DNA from: Candidatus Stahliibacteriota bacterium
Lineage (GTDB): Bacteria > Hydrothermota > UBA3073 > JACQXS01
Assembly: GCA_016208615.1 (NCBI GenBank)
Contig: JACQXS010000002.1
Span: forward strand, 1-49,488
Length of the DNA stretch: 49,488 bases
Direction of reading: 5' to 3'
Made by a program: the position numbers and the translations under genes. Positions 1 through 10,900 of the stretch are shown here, piece by piece. Position 1 is the first letter of the stretch, and every line of letters starts with the position of its first letter. The notes under the pieces were generated by a model. That model made no database searches. It was not told the origin of the DNA and worked only from the letters and a program-made list of their open reading frames with translations.

Positions 1-46
1 AAAATAGGAGCATAAAAAAGATAGTTAAATGGTTAAATTAAAGTGG

Positions 47-96
47 GTAGGACAGACATTTTTGTCTGTATGGTCAGGCAGGAATGCCTGACCTAC
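47..96. repeat. Inverted pair of GTAG-type REP-like palindromes (REPIN-like)
   Basis: gtaggacagacatttttgtctgt followed by ggtcaggcaggaatgcctgacctac (reverse complement gtaggtcaggcattcctgcctgacc). Each half is an imperfect hairpin with a terminal GTAG. Confidence 0.7.
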
Positions 97-207
97 CGGG
101 AATGGGGGATTTTCAACCCCGCCTGCTGCGGGATTTTCAACGGGACACCCCTCTACTCGTTCCGATTTATCAGAGTGACTAAGGGATGAATAAATAGTCA
201 GTTTAAC

Positions 208-1764
208 TTACCGCTTTAATTGTATGATTCCAAAGTCGGTGCTAAGATAGGCATATTCCTTATCCAATACTATTGAGTAAGTGCTGCCTTTTATAGGAGA
301 ATTGTTTGCAATGTATTGCTTCCATATATCGTGTTTCTTATCCCACACTGACACTCCTGCATCTGTTCCTACATAAAGTTCACTTGAATCCCCTGCTAAT
401 GCCAATATCCGTTTACCACATAGATAAACGGGGTAGATAAAGTATTGGTAATTAGTTCTCGGTTCTCGGTTCTCGTGAACCACTAATGCTTGTGAGGTGC
501 CGAAATAAATTTGTTTCCCATCAACTAATATTCTATACACTCCATGCGGAAGGATTTTAGAAGAGTCTTCAATTTTGCTCCACTCCGAAGCCCCTGTCTT
601 CAACCCCGCCGAAGCCACCGCTGAAGCGGGGCAAGCGGGATTTTCGCTTCGCTTCAACAATACGCCTCCGGGTGTAGCAACCCATATTTCATCATTATTA
701 ACCTTTACATCATTAACCCAAATATCACTTAAAACATCAACTATTTTGTTATTTACACATTTTAATAATCCTTTATGATTACCGACCCATATTTCTCCAT
801 CTGAGGTTGAACCTCCTCCCACAGCAAGACAAGAGACTTGTTTCTGATAGATATTATCCCATCTTTCTATTTGCTTGTCAAATCTAAATAGCCCATTAGT
901 ACCGCCAAGCCATATACTTACACTATCACTAACCATTGAAATCTGTTCGTTGGGTTCGTTTAGTTCGTTGGGTTTGTTTCCAAATTGTAAATAATAATTA
1001 GCTACCCATTTTTTCTTATCCCAGCGTATTATTTCTTGTGGTGTTCCCATCCATAGATATTCTCCATCTTGCAATATAGCAGACTTTTTATTAGGAACTC
1101 CAAAGATAAAGTGCTCATCCATATTTTTAGTTGTTTTATTGTATTTATAAATCCCATCCCCATTAGTGCCTATCCATACATATTGCTCGTCTTCATAAGC
1201 ACAGGTCATCGGATATTGGTTTAAGTATTTATCCATTACAAAATAAGGGGCGAGCCAAGGATATTTGGAAGGCAATGATTTAGGGAACCATTCGAGGTTG
1301 AACCTCTCTGCATCAGAAGGCAGAGAATCCAAAGGAAGCCGCTCTCTACTTAATTTATTAAACCTTATACACTTTGAGGTCGAACCTTGTTGCTTATTCC
1401 ATAAATAGATATAATCTTTGCTTATTCCTAATGAACAGGGCATACTTGTAATATTAGCAAAAATCTCTAAATCTTCAAAAACAGGGTTATACTTACCAAG
1501 TATAGTTGTCGTGGTGAACCAGAGTTCATTTGTCCAACCATCTATTGCGATGAAGTTAATATTATCAGGAAATGGATTATGAGTAATTGGTGTTTCCCAT
1601 TGCTCGGTTAATTTATCAAATCTTCTTATCCCTTTTGACCCGGCAAAATATACATATCTTGTATCGCTACTTATAGAATTAACAACCCTAAAATCTTCTA
1701 TCCACTTCCACCGCCACGGCTCATGGATATATCCTACTACAACTAATAGCAATAAACTAATCAT
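208..1764 (-). CDS. Secreted/periplasmic beta-propeller protein, function unknown
   Basis: 518 aa with hydrophobic N-terminus. Repeated blade motifs (VWIGTNGDGIYKY, IWLGGTNGLFRFD, IWVATPGGV, LYVGTDAGVSVWD). Carries several repeat-derived inserts. Confidence 0.7.
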   Translation of the reverse strand: MISLLLLVVVGYIHEPWRWKWIEDFRVVNSISSDTRYVYFAGSKGIRRFDKLTEQWETPITHNPFPDNINFIAIDGWTNELWFTTTTILGKYNPVFEDLEIFANITSMPCSLGISKDYIYLWNKQQGSTSKCIRFNKLSRERLPLDSLPSDAERFNLEWFPKSLPSKYPWLAPYFVMDKYLNQYPMTCAYEDEQYVWIGTNGDGIYKYNKTTKNMDEHFIFGVPNKKSAILQDGEYLWMGTPQEIIRWDKKKWVANYYLQFGNKPNELNEPNEQISMVSDSVSIWLGGTNGLFRFDKQIERWDNIYQKQVSCLAVGGGSTSDGEIWVGNHKGLLKCVNNKIVDVLSDIWVNDVKVNNDEIWVATPGGVLLKRSENPACPASAVASAGLKTGASEWSKIEDSSKILPHGVYRILVDGKQIYFGTSQALVVHENREPRTNYQYFIYPVYLCGKRILALAGDSSELYVGTDAGVSVWDKKHDIWKQYIANNSPIKGSTYSIVLDKEYAYLSTDFGIIQLKR

Positions 1765-1770
1765 AAGAAT

Positions 1771-1811
1771 TTTGTCCTCTGTCTTCTGTCCTCTGTTCTC
1801 TGTCTTCTGTC
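1771..1811. repeat. Intergenic 7-nt periodic tract (tctgtcc/tctgtct)
   Basis: tttgtcctctgtcttctgtcctctgttctctgtcttctgtc. Same unit at 3346-3396, 22693-22765 and 25767-25822. Confidence 0.85.
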
Positions 1812-1817
1812 ATATCT

Positions 1818-4800
1818 CTATTGTTTCTTAAAATCACATATTACTCTACAAGGGCAGAAGTCGCAGCTCATATATTTAGGTCGTGGCTCAAAATCATAAT
1901 CCCGTATGCCTTGGGCTACTTTTTTAATTGTCTTTTTTGCTTCCTCTGTCTTTTTGCTTATATCTTTTAATTCTGCCCTTATACCTGTATCAACGAACCA
2001 AAACTCTACCCGAGTAGGCAATATCCCAAATCTCTCCATAAAGGCAAGGGCATAAATAGGAAGTTGAATGCTGTCTCTGACCCTACCTCTGGCTTTATCA
2101 AGTGTCTCTACCTCTCCCGTCTTATAGTCTATTATTACACCTTCGTTATGTTCGTTTAGTTCGTATAAGTCCTTTCTAATTTTGGATTTTGGATTTTGTC
2201 CCGCAGTATCGGGATCCCGAAAAAAGCGGGAGATTTTGGATTTGATATCTACTCTATCCCACCTACCATTAATTCTAATATCATCCACCATAAAATGAAA
2301 TGGCTCCTCAACTAATGTAGGGATAGTATCGCTTCCCTCCTCCTCTTTCACGAATCGAGCTAATACTTCCTTACCTTGTTTAAATCTCTCTTCCTCATGA
2401 GATAGCGATATAAAACCTTCGCTCTCCCACGCAGATTCAAATATTTTTATAACCTCTTCTATTGTCAGTATCCTACTATTATGTTTTGCAAATAAATACC
2501 TCTCTATAGCCGTATGAACCGCCCCCCCATAAACCAGTGTATGATGTTTAGGTGTAGGCACCTTGAGCCAATTTATGTACCAGTATTTGCGTGGACAGGT
2601 AAGCCAATTATCTATGGCAGTAGAGGATAGAGCCACAATTCCTGTCTGTTTAGCTCTCTTCATATCAGTTATTTGCGTAGCACCAAATCCTTTAATCCGC
2701 TCCATAGCCTCTTTTTTTTGGGTAGTAATCGTCTTTTTTACTATGTCCAGTGCTTCTATCACGAATTGTGATAACTTGCCTTCCCTCCCGGGGCCATAAT
2801 TTTTTGCACTGCTTAGTATAAGTTCCTCTTTGGTGCGTGTCATACCAACATAAAAAAGCCGTCGCTCCTCTTGTAGGCTAATATCAGCAATAGATAACTC
2901 AGGCAATGGCTCTTTGATTAGTTTAGTAGGTAGCTCAACAAGGGTAGGCATTTTGCGATGTGGAAAATTATTCATAGTCAAGCCAACCATAAAGACAACC
3001 CTAAACTCTAATCCCTTAGCTTTATGAACTGTAAGTACCTGCACTGCATCTATATCCGAATCCGCTTCTGCTACCGGTGGATTGTCACCAAGTTCCATCA
3101 ATCCCTCTATATGAGAGATAACGAAAGGGGCTTTATTTATACGGATTATACTACTCACTTTATCAACGATATTAAAAAATTGGGCTATATTTTTTATCTT
3201 AATCTCGTTCTCTATGGAAGGATTGCTCACCATTTGCTGTAACCATCCCGTTTTGTATAAAAATTCATATAACACCTTACCCGTTGACTCCCGTAGCGAA
3301 AGGGACATAAAATATTCAATATCACTCAAAAATGCATCTATAGAATTCTGTTCTCTGTTTTCTGTTTTCTGTTTTCTGTCCTCTGTCTTCTGTCCTTTTA
3401 TTACTTCGTATAACGACTTTTTCGTCCTATAAGCTATGCCGAACCATTTATTTATATCAAGTGGATTTAGCTTATACCCAGGTGAAGTCAGTAATACATA
3501 AAGAGATTGACTATCTTTCACATCTCTCAATACTCGCAACAAGGAGAGTAAAACTTGTATCTCTTCCCTGTCATAAAGCCCTTGATTACCCGAGAACCTC
3601 CAAGGTAAGCCACGCAAATTTAAGGCACGCAAAAATTCATCCGCCATACTATTAGTTCTAACAAGGATAGCAAAATCACTATATTTATAGTCCAATTTGG
3701 GCAGTAGCCCACTTTGTTTGGGCAGTAGCCCACTCTGTTTGGGCAGTAGCCCACTTTGTTTGGGCAGTAGCCCACTCCGTTTCACTCGCTCTTCTATCAA
3801 TTTAGCAATTGCATCCGCCTCGGTAGAGACAGTATCATACTCCATATACTCAACCTTTTTCTCAAACAAATTTAACTCCCCGTTTTGATTTTTGACTTTT
3901 GTCCCGCACATAAATTTATGTGCGGGATGGCTTTTTAGGACCTTATCGCAGCCCGCCTTCCTCTCTAATCTATTGGGGTCATTAAAGAGAATAAGACGAC
4001 GCGAAGTATCAAGAATGCGTTGGGTGCTGCGGTAGTTATCAGTCAATACTATTTGATGGGCATCAGGATACAGGTCTTGAAAAGTTAATATATTCGCAAG
4101 ACAGGCACCCCTAAACTTATAAATTGCTTGGTCATCATCGCCAACAACCGTAATATTGCGATGTGTAGAGACTAATAATTGTAGGAGTTGGAATTGGGTA
4201 TAATTAGTGTCTTGAAATTCATCTACTAAGACATACTTAAATTTAGATTGCAGTTCACTCAATACACTACTCTTAGTTCGTAAAAGTCTAAGTGTCAAAG
4301 TAATAAGCCCCGGCATATCTACATAGCCCGCCTCTGTGAGCAGGGCTTCATATTTTTGATAACAATTAGCTATTTCTAATTGCTTATTTGCCTCTTCTGT
4401 TCCTGTACAATCAATTTGGGAGTATGCATATTCAAGATATTTATCAACACCGACATCCTCATCTTTGATACGGGAAATGACTTTTAATAAGGATTTCAGA
4501 TACTTTGTAGGATAAGATAGGGGTAAAAAATACTTTAACGGTAGTTCAAATAGCCGTTCCTTCAAAAAGACAAGCAACTCTGGCTCAGTTAGAATCTTAA
4601 AATCAGGATTTATCCCTAAGTCAAACGCATACTCGCTTAATATTTGCTGACAAAAGGAGTGAAAAGTGCTAATCCAGACAGGCACCATTCCATACGGGAC
4701 AAGCATATCAACTCTCGTTTCCATTTCTGCTGCTGCTTTGTCTGTGAAAGTAAGGGCAAGTATTTCTTCGGGACGCGCACTCTTATTGGCAATAAGCCAA

Positions 4801-4934
4801 GCACAACGACAAGTAATGACATTAGTTTTGCCAGTGCCTGCCCCGGCTACTATAAGCAAAGGCCCTTTATCCCAAGTAACAGCTTCCCTTTGGCTTTCAT
4901 TAAGAGATTCTAAAATACTATTGAGTTTTAGCAT
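1818..4934 (-). CDS. UvrD/PcrA-family SF1A helicase fused to a C-terminal PD-(D/E)XK nuclease with predicted Fe-S cluster (AdnB/AddA-like)
   Basis: AGAGTGKT, LVDEFQD, VGDDDQAIY, TVHKAKGLEF and EERRLFYVGMTR motifs. C-terminal CPRKY...GRWDRVD...IIDYKTG...QLPIYA...CDFCPCRVIC. Confidence 0.9.
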   Translation of the reverse strand: MLKLNSILESLNESQREAVTWDKGPLLIVAGAGTGKTNVITCRCAWLIANKSARPEEILALTFTDKAAAEMETRVDMLVPYGMVPVWISTFHSFCQQILSEYAFDLGINPDFKILTEPELLVFLKERLFELPLKYFLPLSYPTKYLKSLLKVISRIKDEDVGVDKYLEYAYSQIDCTGTEEANKQLEIANCYQKYEALLTEAGYVDMPGLITLTLRLLRTKSSVLSELQSKFKYVLVDEFQDTNYTQFQLLQLLVSTHRNITVVGDDDQAIYKFRGACLANILTFQDLYPDAHQIVLTDNYRSTQRILDTSRRLILFNDPNRLERKAGCDKVLKSHPAHKFMCGTKVKNQNGELNLFEKKVEYMEYDTVSTEADAIAKLIEERVKRSGLLPKQSGLLPKQSGLLPKQSGLLPKLDYKYSDFAILVRTNSMADEFLRALNLRGLPWRFSGNQGLYDREEIQVLLSLLRVLRDVKDSQSLYVLLTSPGYKLNPLDINKWFGIAYRTKKSLYEVIKGQKTEDRKQKTENREQNSIDAFLSDIEYFMSLSLRESTGKVLYEFLYKTGWLQQMVSNPSIENEIKIKNIAQFFNIVDKVSSIIRINKAPFVISHIEGLMELGDNPPVAEADSDIDAVQVLTVHKAKGLEFRVVFMVGLTMNNFPHRKMPTLVELPTKLIKEPLPELSIADISLQEERRLFYVGMTRTKEELILSSAKNYGPGREGKLSQFVIEALDIVKKTITTQKKEAMERIKGFGATQITDMKRAKQTGIVALSSTAIDNWLTCPRKYWYINWLKVPTPKHHTLVYGGAVHTAIERYLFAKHNSRILTIEEVIKIFESAWESEGFISLSHEEERFKQGKEVLARFVKEEEGSDTIPTLVEEPFHFMVDDIRINGRWDRVDIKSKISRFFRDPDTAGQNPKSKIRKDLYELNEHNEGVIIDYKTGEVETLDKARGRVRDSIQLPIYALAFMERFGILPTRVEFWFVDTGIRAELKDISKKTEEAKKTIKKVAQGIRDYDFEPRPKYMSCDFCPCRVICDFKKQ
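3696..3779. repeat. 4 x 21-bp tandem hairpin repeat, in frame in the helicase (SGLLPKQ)
   Basis: tttgggcagtagcccact(t/c)(t/c)g x4. Internal stem tgggc-agta-gccca. Confidence 0.95.
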
Positions 4935-5014
4935 TTAAGCATTAGCTTATTTCATATGGAATTTATTAACTTTTTGACCTTTGTGCCTTTTAACTTTGAA
5001 TTCTTAACTTTTAA

Positions 5015-6058
5015 CTATAAATAAGCACTAAAAGTTTCGTCTTCACCCATTCTGCGAATAAGTTCCTTAATTTCTCCTATATGGTGTTTATCGCAAACAA
5101 ACACTCTTTTACCGCTATGGACTATAATAAGATTTTCTACTCCTATTGTTGCAATAACTCCGCTATCCGAGACAATTATACAATTATCAGTTGACATACC
5201 TTTGTGTAATCCAACTTTTATATTCCCGTGGTCATCAGCATGATGCACCCGCTCAAGTGCATTCCACGACCCTACATCATCCCATATGAAATGAGCTTTG
5301 ATAACCGCTACACTATGCGACTTCTCCAACACAGCATAATCAATAGAGATATTGGGAGCTTTGTTGTAAAGGTCGAGCAAATTGGCTTCCCCGCTTGCTT
5401 CGGGACTTGCAGCAAATTTACATAACTCGCCATAAAAATCAGGTAAATGGGACTGGATTTCTGATAGTATTTTATCTCGCGTCCAGACAAACATACCCGA
5501 ATTCCAAAGGAACTTGCCTTCGTGTAGGAATCGCTGTGCTTGTTTTTGATTGGGCTTTTCCTTAAAGTTTTTTACCTTATAGACACCATCAGTAAGAGTA
5601 TCGCCAACCTCTATATACCCATACCCCGTTTCTGCCCTTGTTGGCACAATCCCAAAAGTGACCAGCCACCCCTCTTGAGCAAAGGTAATAGCTTTATTTA
5701 ATGTAGTAAGAAATGATTCTTTATCAGGAATATAATGGTCAGCAGGCAGAACTACCATTATATCGTCAGATTTGAGCTGTATTGCCCCATATCCAATAGC
5801 ACAAGCAGTATTACGACCGAATGGCTCTAAAAGCAACTTGATTTCCGAGGGAAGTATTTGTTTCAAGCAATCCTCATGCTCTTGACCAGCAACTACCATA
5901 ATTTGGTTACTCGGAATAAGAGGAGCTATTCTATCTACCGTTTCTACAATCATAGGGCGATTAGATATAAGAGGAAGTAATTGTTTAGGCATTGAGCGGA
6001 TAGAACGGGGCCAAAACCTCTCACCGCGCCCACCTGCTATTATTACACCATATATCAT
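5015..6058 (-). CDS. manC: Mannose-1-phosphate guanylyltransferase (no isomerase domain)
   Basis: IAGGRGERFWP..PKQ, EPFGRNTA, LPADH, ETGYGYI, FKEKP, WNSGMF, SIDYAVLEK and WDDVGSW motifs. Confidence 0.92.
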   Translation of the reverse strand: MIYGVIIAGGRGERFWPRSIRSMPKQLLPLISNRPMIVETVDRIAPLIPSNQIMVVAGQEHEDCLKQILPSEIKLLLEPFGRNTACAIGYGAIQLKSDDIMVVLPADHYIPDKESFLTTLNKAITFAQEGWLVTFGIVPTRAETGYGYIEVGDTLTDGVYKVKNFKEKPNQKQAQRFLHEGKFLWNSGMFVWTRDKILSEIQSHLPDFYGELCKFAASPEASGEANLLDLYNKAPNISIDYAVLEKSHSVAVIKAHFIWDDVGSWNALERVHHADDHGNIKVGLHKGMSTDNCIIVSDSGVIATIGVENLIIVHSGKRVFVCDKHHIGEIKELIRRMGEDETFSAYL

Positions 6059-6059
6059 A

Positions 6060-6212
6060 TCAAAAATCTAAATTCTAAATCCGAAGCACTAAATCCTAAA
6101 CAAACGAAGTGATGTAATCATCCAATCCCAATTCTCAAAATCCAAATAAATGTCAAAGTCATAAGTCAAAAAATCTTTCCTCCTTTGACATTTGGGTTTT
6201 GGATTTGAACTT
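6060..6212. repeat. Gene-less heptamer-arm element (YAAA arm, short TTTG arm) with one 21-bp hairpin insert
   Basis: Tetramers at 6069, 6076, 6083, 6090, 6097 and 6101, then a 21-bp insert, then 6122, 6129, 6136, 6143, 6147 and 6154. Ends in tttgacatttgggttttggatttgaac. Confidence 0.8.
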
Positions 6213-6238
6213 TCTTTATGGTTATTAGTATTCAGCAT

Positions 6239-7162
6239 TTACCTATTATTAAAATAATCTCTGACAGCATTGTCAAAGTTCCACACCGGAGTATAGTCCA
6301 ATACCTCTTTTGCCTGTGTCAAGTCTGCTTGAGTATAATTCTGATACAAACCTTCATACGGGTTGTCAAAATAATCAGGAGCAAACTTTGTGCCTAATAC
6401 ATCATTTAGTACCTCTATTATGTGGTTGAAAGTGATAGCACAACCTGAGCCAACATTGACAATAGCATTTCTTTTGGCATCTAATGCCAGAATATTAGCA
6501 CGCACTACATCTTTAACATACACTTGGTCGCGTCTTTGGTCGCCCCACTTAAAAATACGCGGTCTCTTACCCTGTAGTATTTGTTGGGCAAGTTGCCAGA
6601 TCATAGAAGCCATCTTGCCCTTATACTGCTCTCGTTGCCCAAAGACATTAAAATACCGAAGCCCGATAATATGAGCCTTAAATTGCTCCATATAATCAAA
6701 AGCTATACAATCAGATTGCCACTTTGACTGTCCATACAGATTAATAGGCTCACCTGCCATAGTTTCTGAAAGCGGCGAAGGAGCATTCCCATACACGCCG
6801 GCGGATGAAGCGTAGATAAACTTTATATTATGAGTAACCGCAAAATCAAGTAGCCGTTTGAAGCCATCAACATTTACTTTTATCATTTGCTCAGTATCTT
6901 TTAATGTAGTATCTGTGATAGCGGCATTATGAAATATAGCCACTACATCCCGACCCGTTCCGTGTCGGGACGGGTCAGAAATTTTGTTCAAATCAAAAGT
7001 AAGAATACTTTCTGCTATAAGCTCGCCCTTGAAACCTACGAGATTTTGCCTATTACCGGTGCTAAAATTATCAACTACTATGACATTATGCCCCAGTCTC
7101 TCTAATTCTAATGCAAGATTAGACCCTATAAATCCACTACCACCTGTAACAAGTAATTTCAT
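6239..7162 (-). CDS. hldD: ADP-L-glycero-D-manno-heptose 6-epimerase-like extended SDR
   Basis: TGGSGFIGS, YASSAGVYG, YGQSK, GLRYFNVFGQREQYKGKMASM and RDQVYVKD motifs match the RfaD/HldD subfamily. Confidence 0.75.
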   Translation of the reverse strand: MKLLVTGGSGFIGSNLALELERLGHNVIVVDNFSTGNRQNLVGFKGELIAESILTFDLNKISDPSRHGTGRDVVAIFHNAAITDTTLKDTEQMIKVNVDGFKRLLDFAVTHNIKFIYASSAGVYGNAPSPLSETMAGEPINLYGQSKWQSDCIAFDYMEQFKAHIIGLRYFNVFGQREQYKGKMASMIWQLAQQILQGKRPRIFKWGDQRRDQVYVKDVVRANILALDAKRNAIVNVGSGCAITFNHIIEVLNDVLGTKFAPDYFDNPYEGLYQNYTQADLTQAKEVLDYTPVWNFDNAVRDYFNNR

Positions 7163-7801
7163 TTACTTCCCACGATTAAGTTTTGCCTCCAAATAGCCCC
7201 ACAAAAACTTAATCTTTAATAATACCGGTAGCTTATCCTTATTATAGTAGAGCAAAAGCCCTCCATCACCACCAAAAGCTTTAATGCCTTTGAGGTCAGG
7301 AACTAATAGAACGCATGGCTCACCATCAACAGTATCAGAGACGATAGGAGTTTTAATAGTATAGTTCTTCTCATCATAATGAAGTGGGACAATAAGTGTA
7401 TCACCGGGAACTAACTCTTGTGTCCGCAACCAATAGATAAGACTCATTATATCTTTTGCACCTTCAATGACATCAACTACATTTCCATTTTTATAAGTAG
7501 CACGACCAGCCACAATATTTACTACCTGATGGCTACTATAGTTACCTTCTTGAATTTTCTTTTCAAATCTAATAGTTGCAAAATTACTATCGCATAAAGA
7601 TTCATACCAATCGTCAATCTTAAATATCATAGAAAAGAAGCCCTTAGTCTTCTCTTCGCACCTTATGTGGTTTAAGTTATCTTGAGGTCTAACCTCACGA
7701 TGGTACATAAGTTTAATTTCACCCGCAGTCATAAGTCCAAATTTCGCAGAATATATAAGCTCCTCATTTAGAGGCAAAAAGGCAAGAATAAATAACCACA
7801 T
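7163..7801 (-). CDS. DUF3108-like exported protein
   Basis: Short signal-like N-terminus. EELIYSAKFGLMTAG, FKIDDWYES, DIMSLIYWLR and LPVLLKIKFLWG resemble DUF3108. Confidence 0.6.
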   Translation of the reverse strand: MWLFILAFLPLNEELIYSAKFGLMTAGEIKLMYHREVRPQDNLNHIRCEEKTKGFFSMIFKIDDWYESLCDSNFATIRFEKKIQEGNYSSHQVVNIVAGRATYKNGNVVDVIEGAKDIMSLIYWLRTQELVPGDTLIVPLHYDEKNYTIKTPIVSDTVDGEPCVLLVPDLKGIKAFGGDGGLLLYYNKDKLPVLLKIKFLWGYLEAKLNRGK

Positions 7802-7857
7802 TAAGTATATTTAAACACATTATTCCTATTATGCAAGTATTTTTATTATGGTTTTTG

Positions 7858-7885
7858 TTGACAAGCACATTATTTTTGATATAGT
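7858..7885 (+). promoter_or_regulatory. sigma70-type promoter for the cyclase gene
   Basis: TTGACA-16 nt-TATAGT, 32 nt before the ATG at 7918. Confidence 0.65.
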
Positions 7886-7917
7886 AAATGTAATTATTTA
7901 TCGTAAATTATAGAGCT

Positions 7918-10900
7918 ATGAAATGCCATAGATGTGGAACAGAAAATCCAGAAAGGGCGCAATTTTGCCTCAATTGTGGTGTCAAATTAGGAGCAATTGA
8001 AGTAACTGCGGAGCGAAAATTTGCTACTATACTATTTGCAGACCTTAAAGAATTTACTACTCTGTGCGAAGAAAAAGACCCGGAAGAAGTTAGAGAGATT
8101 ATTAAAGAACTATTCATAAGATTTGATAATATCTTAGAGAAATCACAAGTCGGCTATCACGAATATATTGGAGATGCAGTATTAGCGTTATTTGGCGTCC
8201 CTATTGCATATGGAGATGATGCTGAGCGAGCTATAACTGCGGGCTTATCAATGCAAGCAGAGATAAAAAAATTTGCCAAACAAATTGGAGTAAATATTGA
8301 AATGCGAATAGGTATAAATTCAGGTGAAATGATTTACGGCGAAATACCAGGCAAAACTACAGTAACAGGAGATGCAGTAAATACTACTCAGAGACTATCA
8401 GTAGAAGCGTCAGCGAGTAGAATTTTAATCTCAGAAGCAACAGCCAAGTTAGTAGAAGGCAAAGTCTATACGCATCCACTACCACCATTAAAATTAAAGG
8501 GCAAAAAAGAGGAAGTAATCGCATATGAAGTGATAAAAATGGCTAATAAAGTATATCCGGCTTTTTTGTCCCAAATAGTAGGGAGAGACAAAGAGTTTAG
8601 CCAACTTAAACAATTTTTTAGCCCAGAAACATCTGGACTTACATTTACGGTAGTTATTGGAGAGACTGGGATTGGGAAGTCAAGATTATTATTTGAACTG
8701 CGGAGATATTTAGAGAAAGAGCATCCTGCATTGAGGGTAATTACTATAAGGTGTGCACCGTACCGCACACTTATCTATCAAACGCTTGCAGATTTAATTA
8801 GAGAAGTAATTCAGGAAGAGAAATCAACCCCAATTACTACTGTGATTGAAAAAATTGAACCCAGAATAATAGCTTATGACCCACTTGCAAAGCACTTTTT
8901 AGGGCTTTTCTTTGGAATAAAATTCAACAATTCACCATTAGATTACCTAACCCCGGAGAGTGCTCGTCAGACTGCATTCGCAATACTCAAAAACCTATTA
9001 GAAGATATTGCAGGGGACAAAGAAATGGTAATTATATTTGAAGACTGTCATTATGCGGATAGCGGGACAACTGATTTTTTAGAATTCCTTACACAGACAG
9101 AAATTAATGCAAAGCTAAAAATTATGCTTGTTGGTAGAGCCGAAGGCATTGTGGAGGAAGTGAAAAAAGGAAAACTAAAAGGAAACTGGAATACTATAGA
9201 ATTGCAGCCATTAAATGAACAGGACAGCAGGACTATGATTAAAAATTTCTTCGGCCAAAAAGAGGTGTCAGAAGAGTTAATGCAAGCCCTAATCCAAAGA
9301 ACAGGAGGTAACCCATTATTTATAGAGGAATTTATCAAAGACATAAAAGAGAAAACAATTGCCTTAAAAGACCCCGATACCTCTTTGCCTAATAGTTTAT
9401 GGGCATTATTAGAGGCAAGAATAGATAGCTTCGAACCAATTGAAAGAACGCTACTGCGAACAGCTTCTGTGATAGGGAAAGTATTCTGGAAAAAAGTGTT
9501 AGAAAGGTTAATTACCCATAGTTCGTTAGGTTCATTATTGGGTCTACTTGAAGCCAAAGGCATTATTTATGAACAACAACCTTCACGGATACTAAAGACC
9601 CAAGAATTTGAGTTTAATCACGAATTGCTCAGGGAAGCCGCCTACAAGACAATCTTAAAAAAGCAAAGAAAAGAACTGCATAAAGAAGTTTTTTGCTCCC
9701 TAAAAGAACACTACGAAAAAGAAGAAATACAGATAGGGCTATATTTATATTTGGCTGCATATCACAGTGAATATGCAGAGGAATACGATGAAGCGGCTAA
9801 ATTTTATGAAGCATTAGGTGATAATGCAAAAGAAAGATATGCACACAGGGAAGCATTAAATTCATATACTAAAGCAATAGAAATTAGAAGTCAGAAAACA
9901 GAAGTCAGAAGTCAGAAGTCAGAAGTTGGACAATTGATAAATAAAAAAGCAGAATCAGAAATGTTTTTATGTGAGTATGACCGAGCAATAGAAGATTATG
10001 AAAAAATAGCTAAAAGTAGAGATAGGGAGACAAAGATTTTGGGCTTACTTGGATTAGCAAATGTGTACGATACAAAAGGTGATTTTGATACTGCGATAGA
10101 GTATTCGACAAAAGCAGAGCGGAATTCGGAAAAATATGGATTAATGGAACTATTCGCACAATCGTTACATCTTATTGGACGCAGCTATCTCGGGAAAGGA
10201 ATTTACGAGCAAGCATTAGAATATAACAAAAAAGCCATCACTTGCTACGAATCTCTTATACAAAACTCTAATCTCAAATCTCAAATCTCAAATCTCAAAA
10301 ATGGATTGGCTAAAAGTATTAAGAATATAGGAAACACTCACTGGTACAAGGGAGATTATGAATCTGCCATAGATTCCTATAAACAAAGTTTTGCTATCTG
10401 TGAAGAGATAGATGACAAGTATGGAGTCGCTCAAAGCATTAATAATATCGCATTAGTCCATAATGATAGAGAAGATTATCTAACGGCTTTGAAATTCCAC
10501 AACATAGCACTTAAAATGTATGAAGGGATGGGCGATAAAAGTGGAGTAGCTGCATGCCTAAATAATATCGGAATTGACTATGACCGAATAGGAGAGAAAG
10601 AAAAGGCACTAAACTTTTATAATCAAAGTTTGGAAATTTTCAATAGTATTGGAAAAAGGGATGAGGGGGCACTAATTTTATGTAATATTGGAAATGTACT
10701 ACACTATATCGGTAAATATGATGAAGCCATTGAAGTTCACGAGAAGGGTCTTAAAATACATAGAGAGAGTGGAGATAAACGAGGAATTGCTGTGTCGCTA
10801 AATAGTATTGGTGAGATTTATTGTGATAAGGGAGACTATGAGACTGCACTTACCTATCAAAAGGAAGCAGAGCAAATATTTCGTATCATCGGAGCCAAGT

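Noticed and set aside
1875..1887. tttaggtcgtggc matching half of the hairpin beside ssrA
   Set aside because: Only one arm is present and it encodes an ordinary part of the nuclease C-terminus (EPRPK). Probably chance.
8466..9563. Antisense ORFs of 100-170 aa (also 14790-15266, 37762-38262, 48371-48850 and similar)
   Set aside because: They are shadows of long, motif-bearing genes on the opposite strand, with no independent features.
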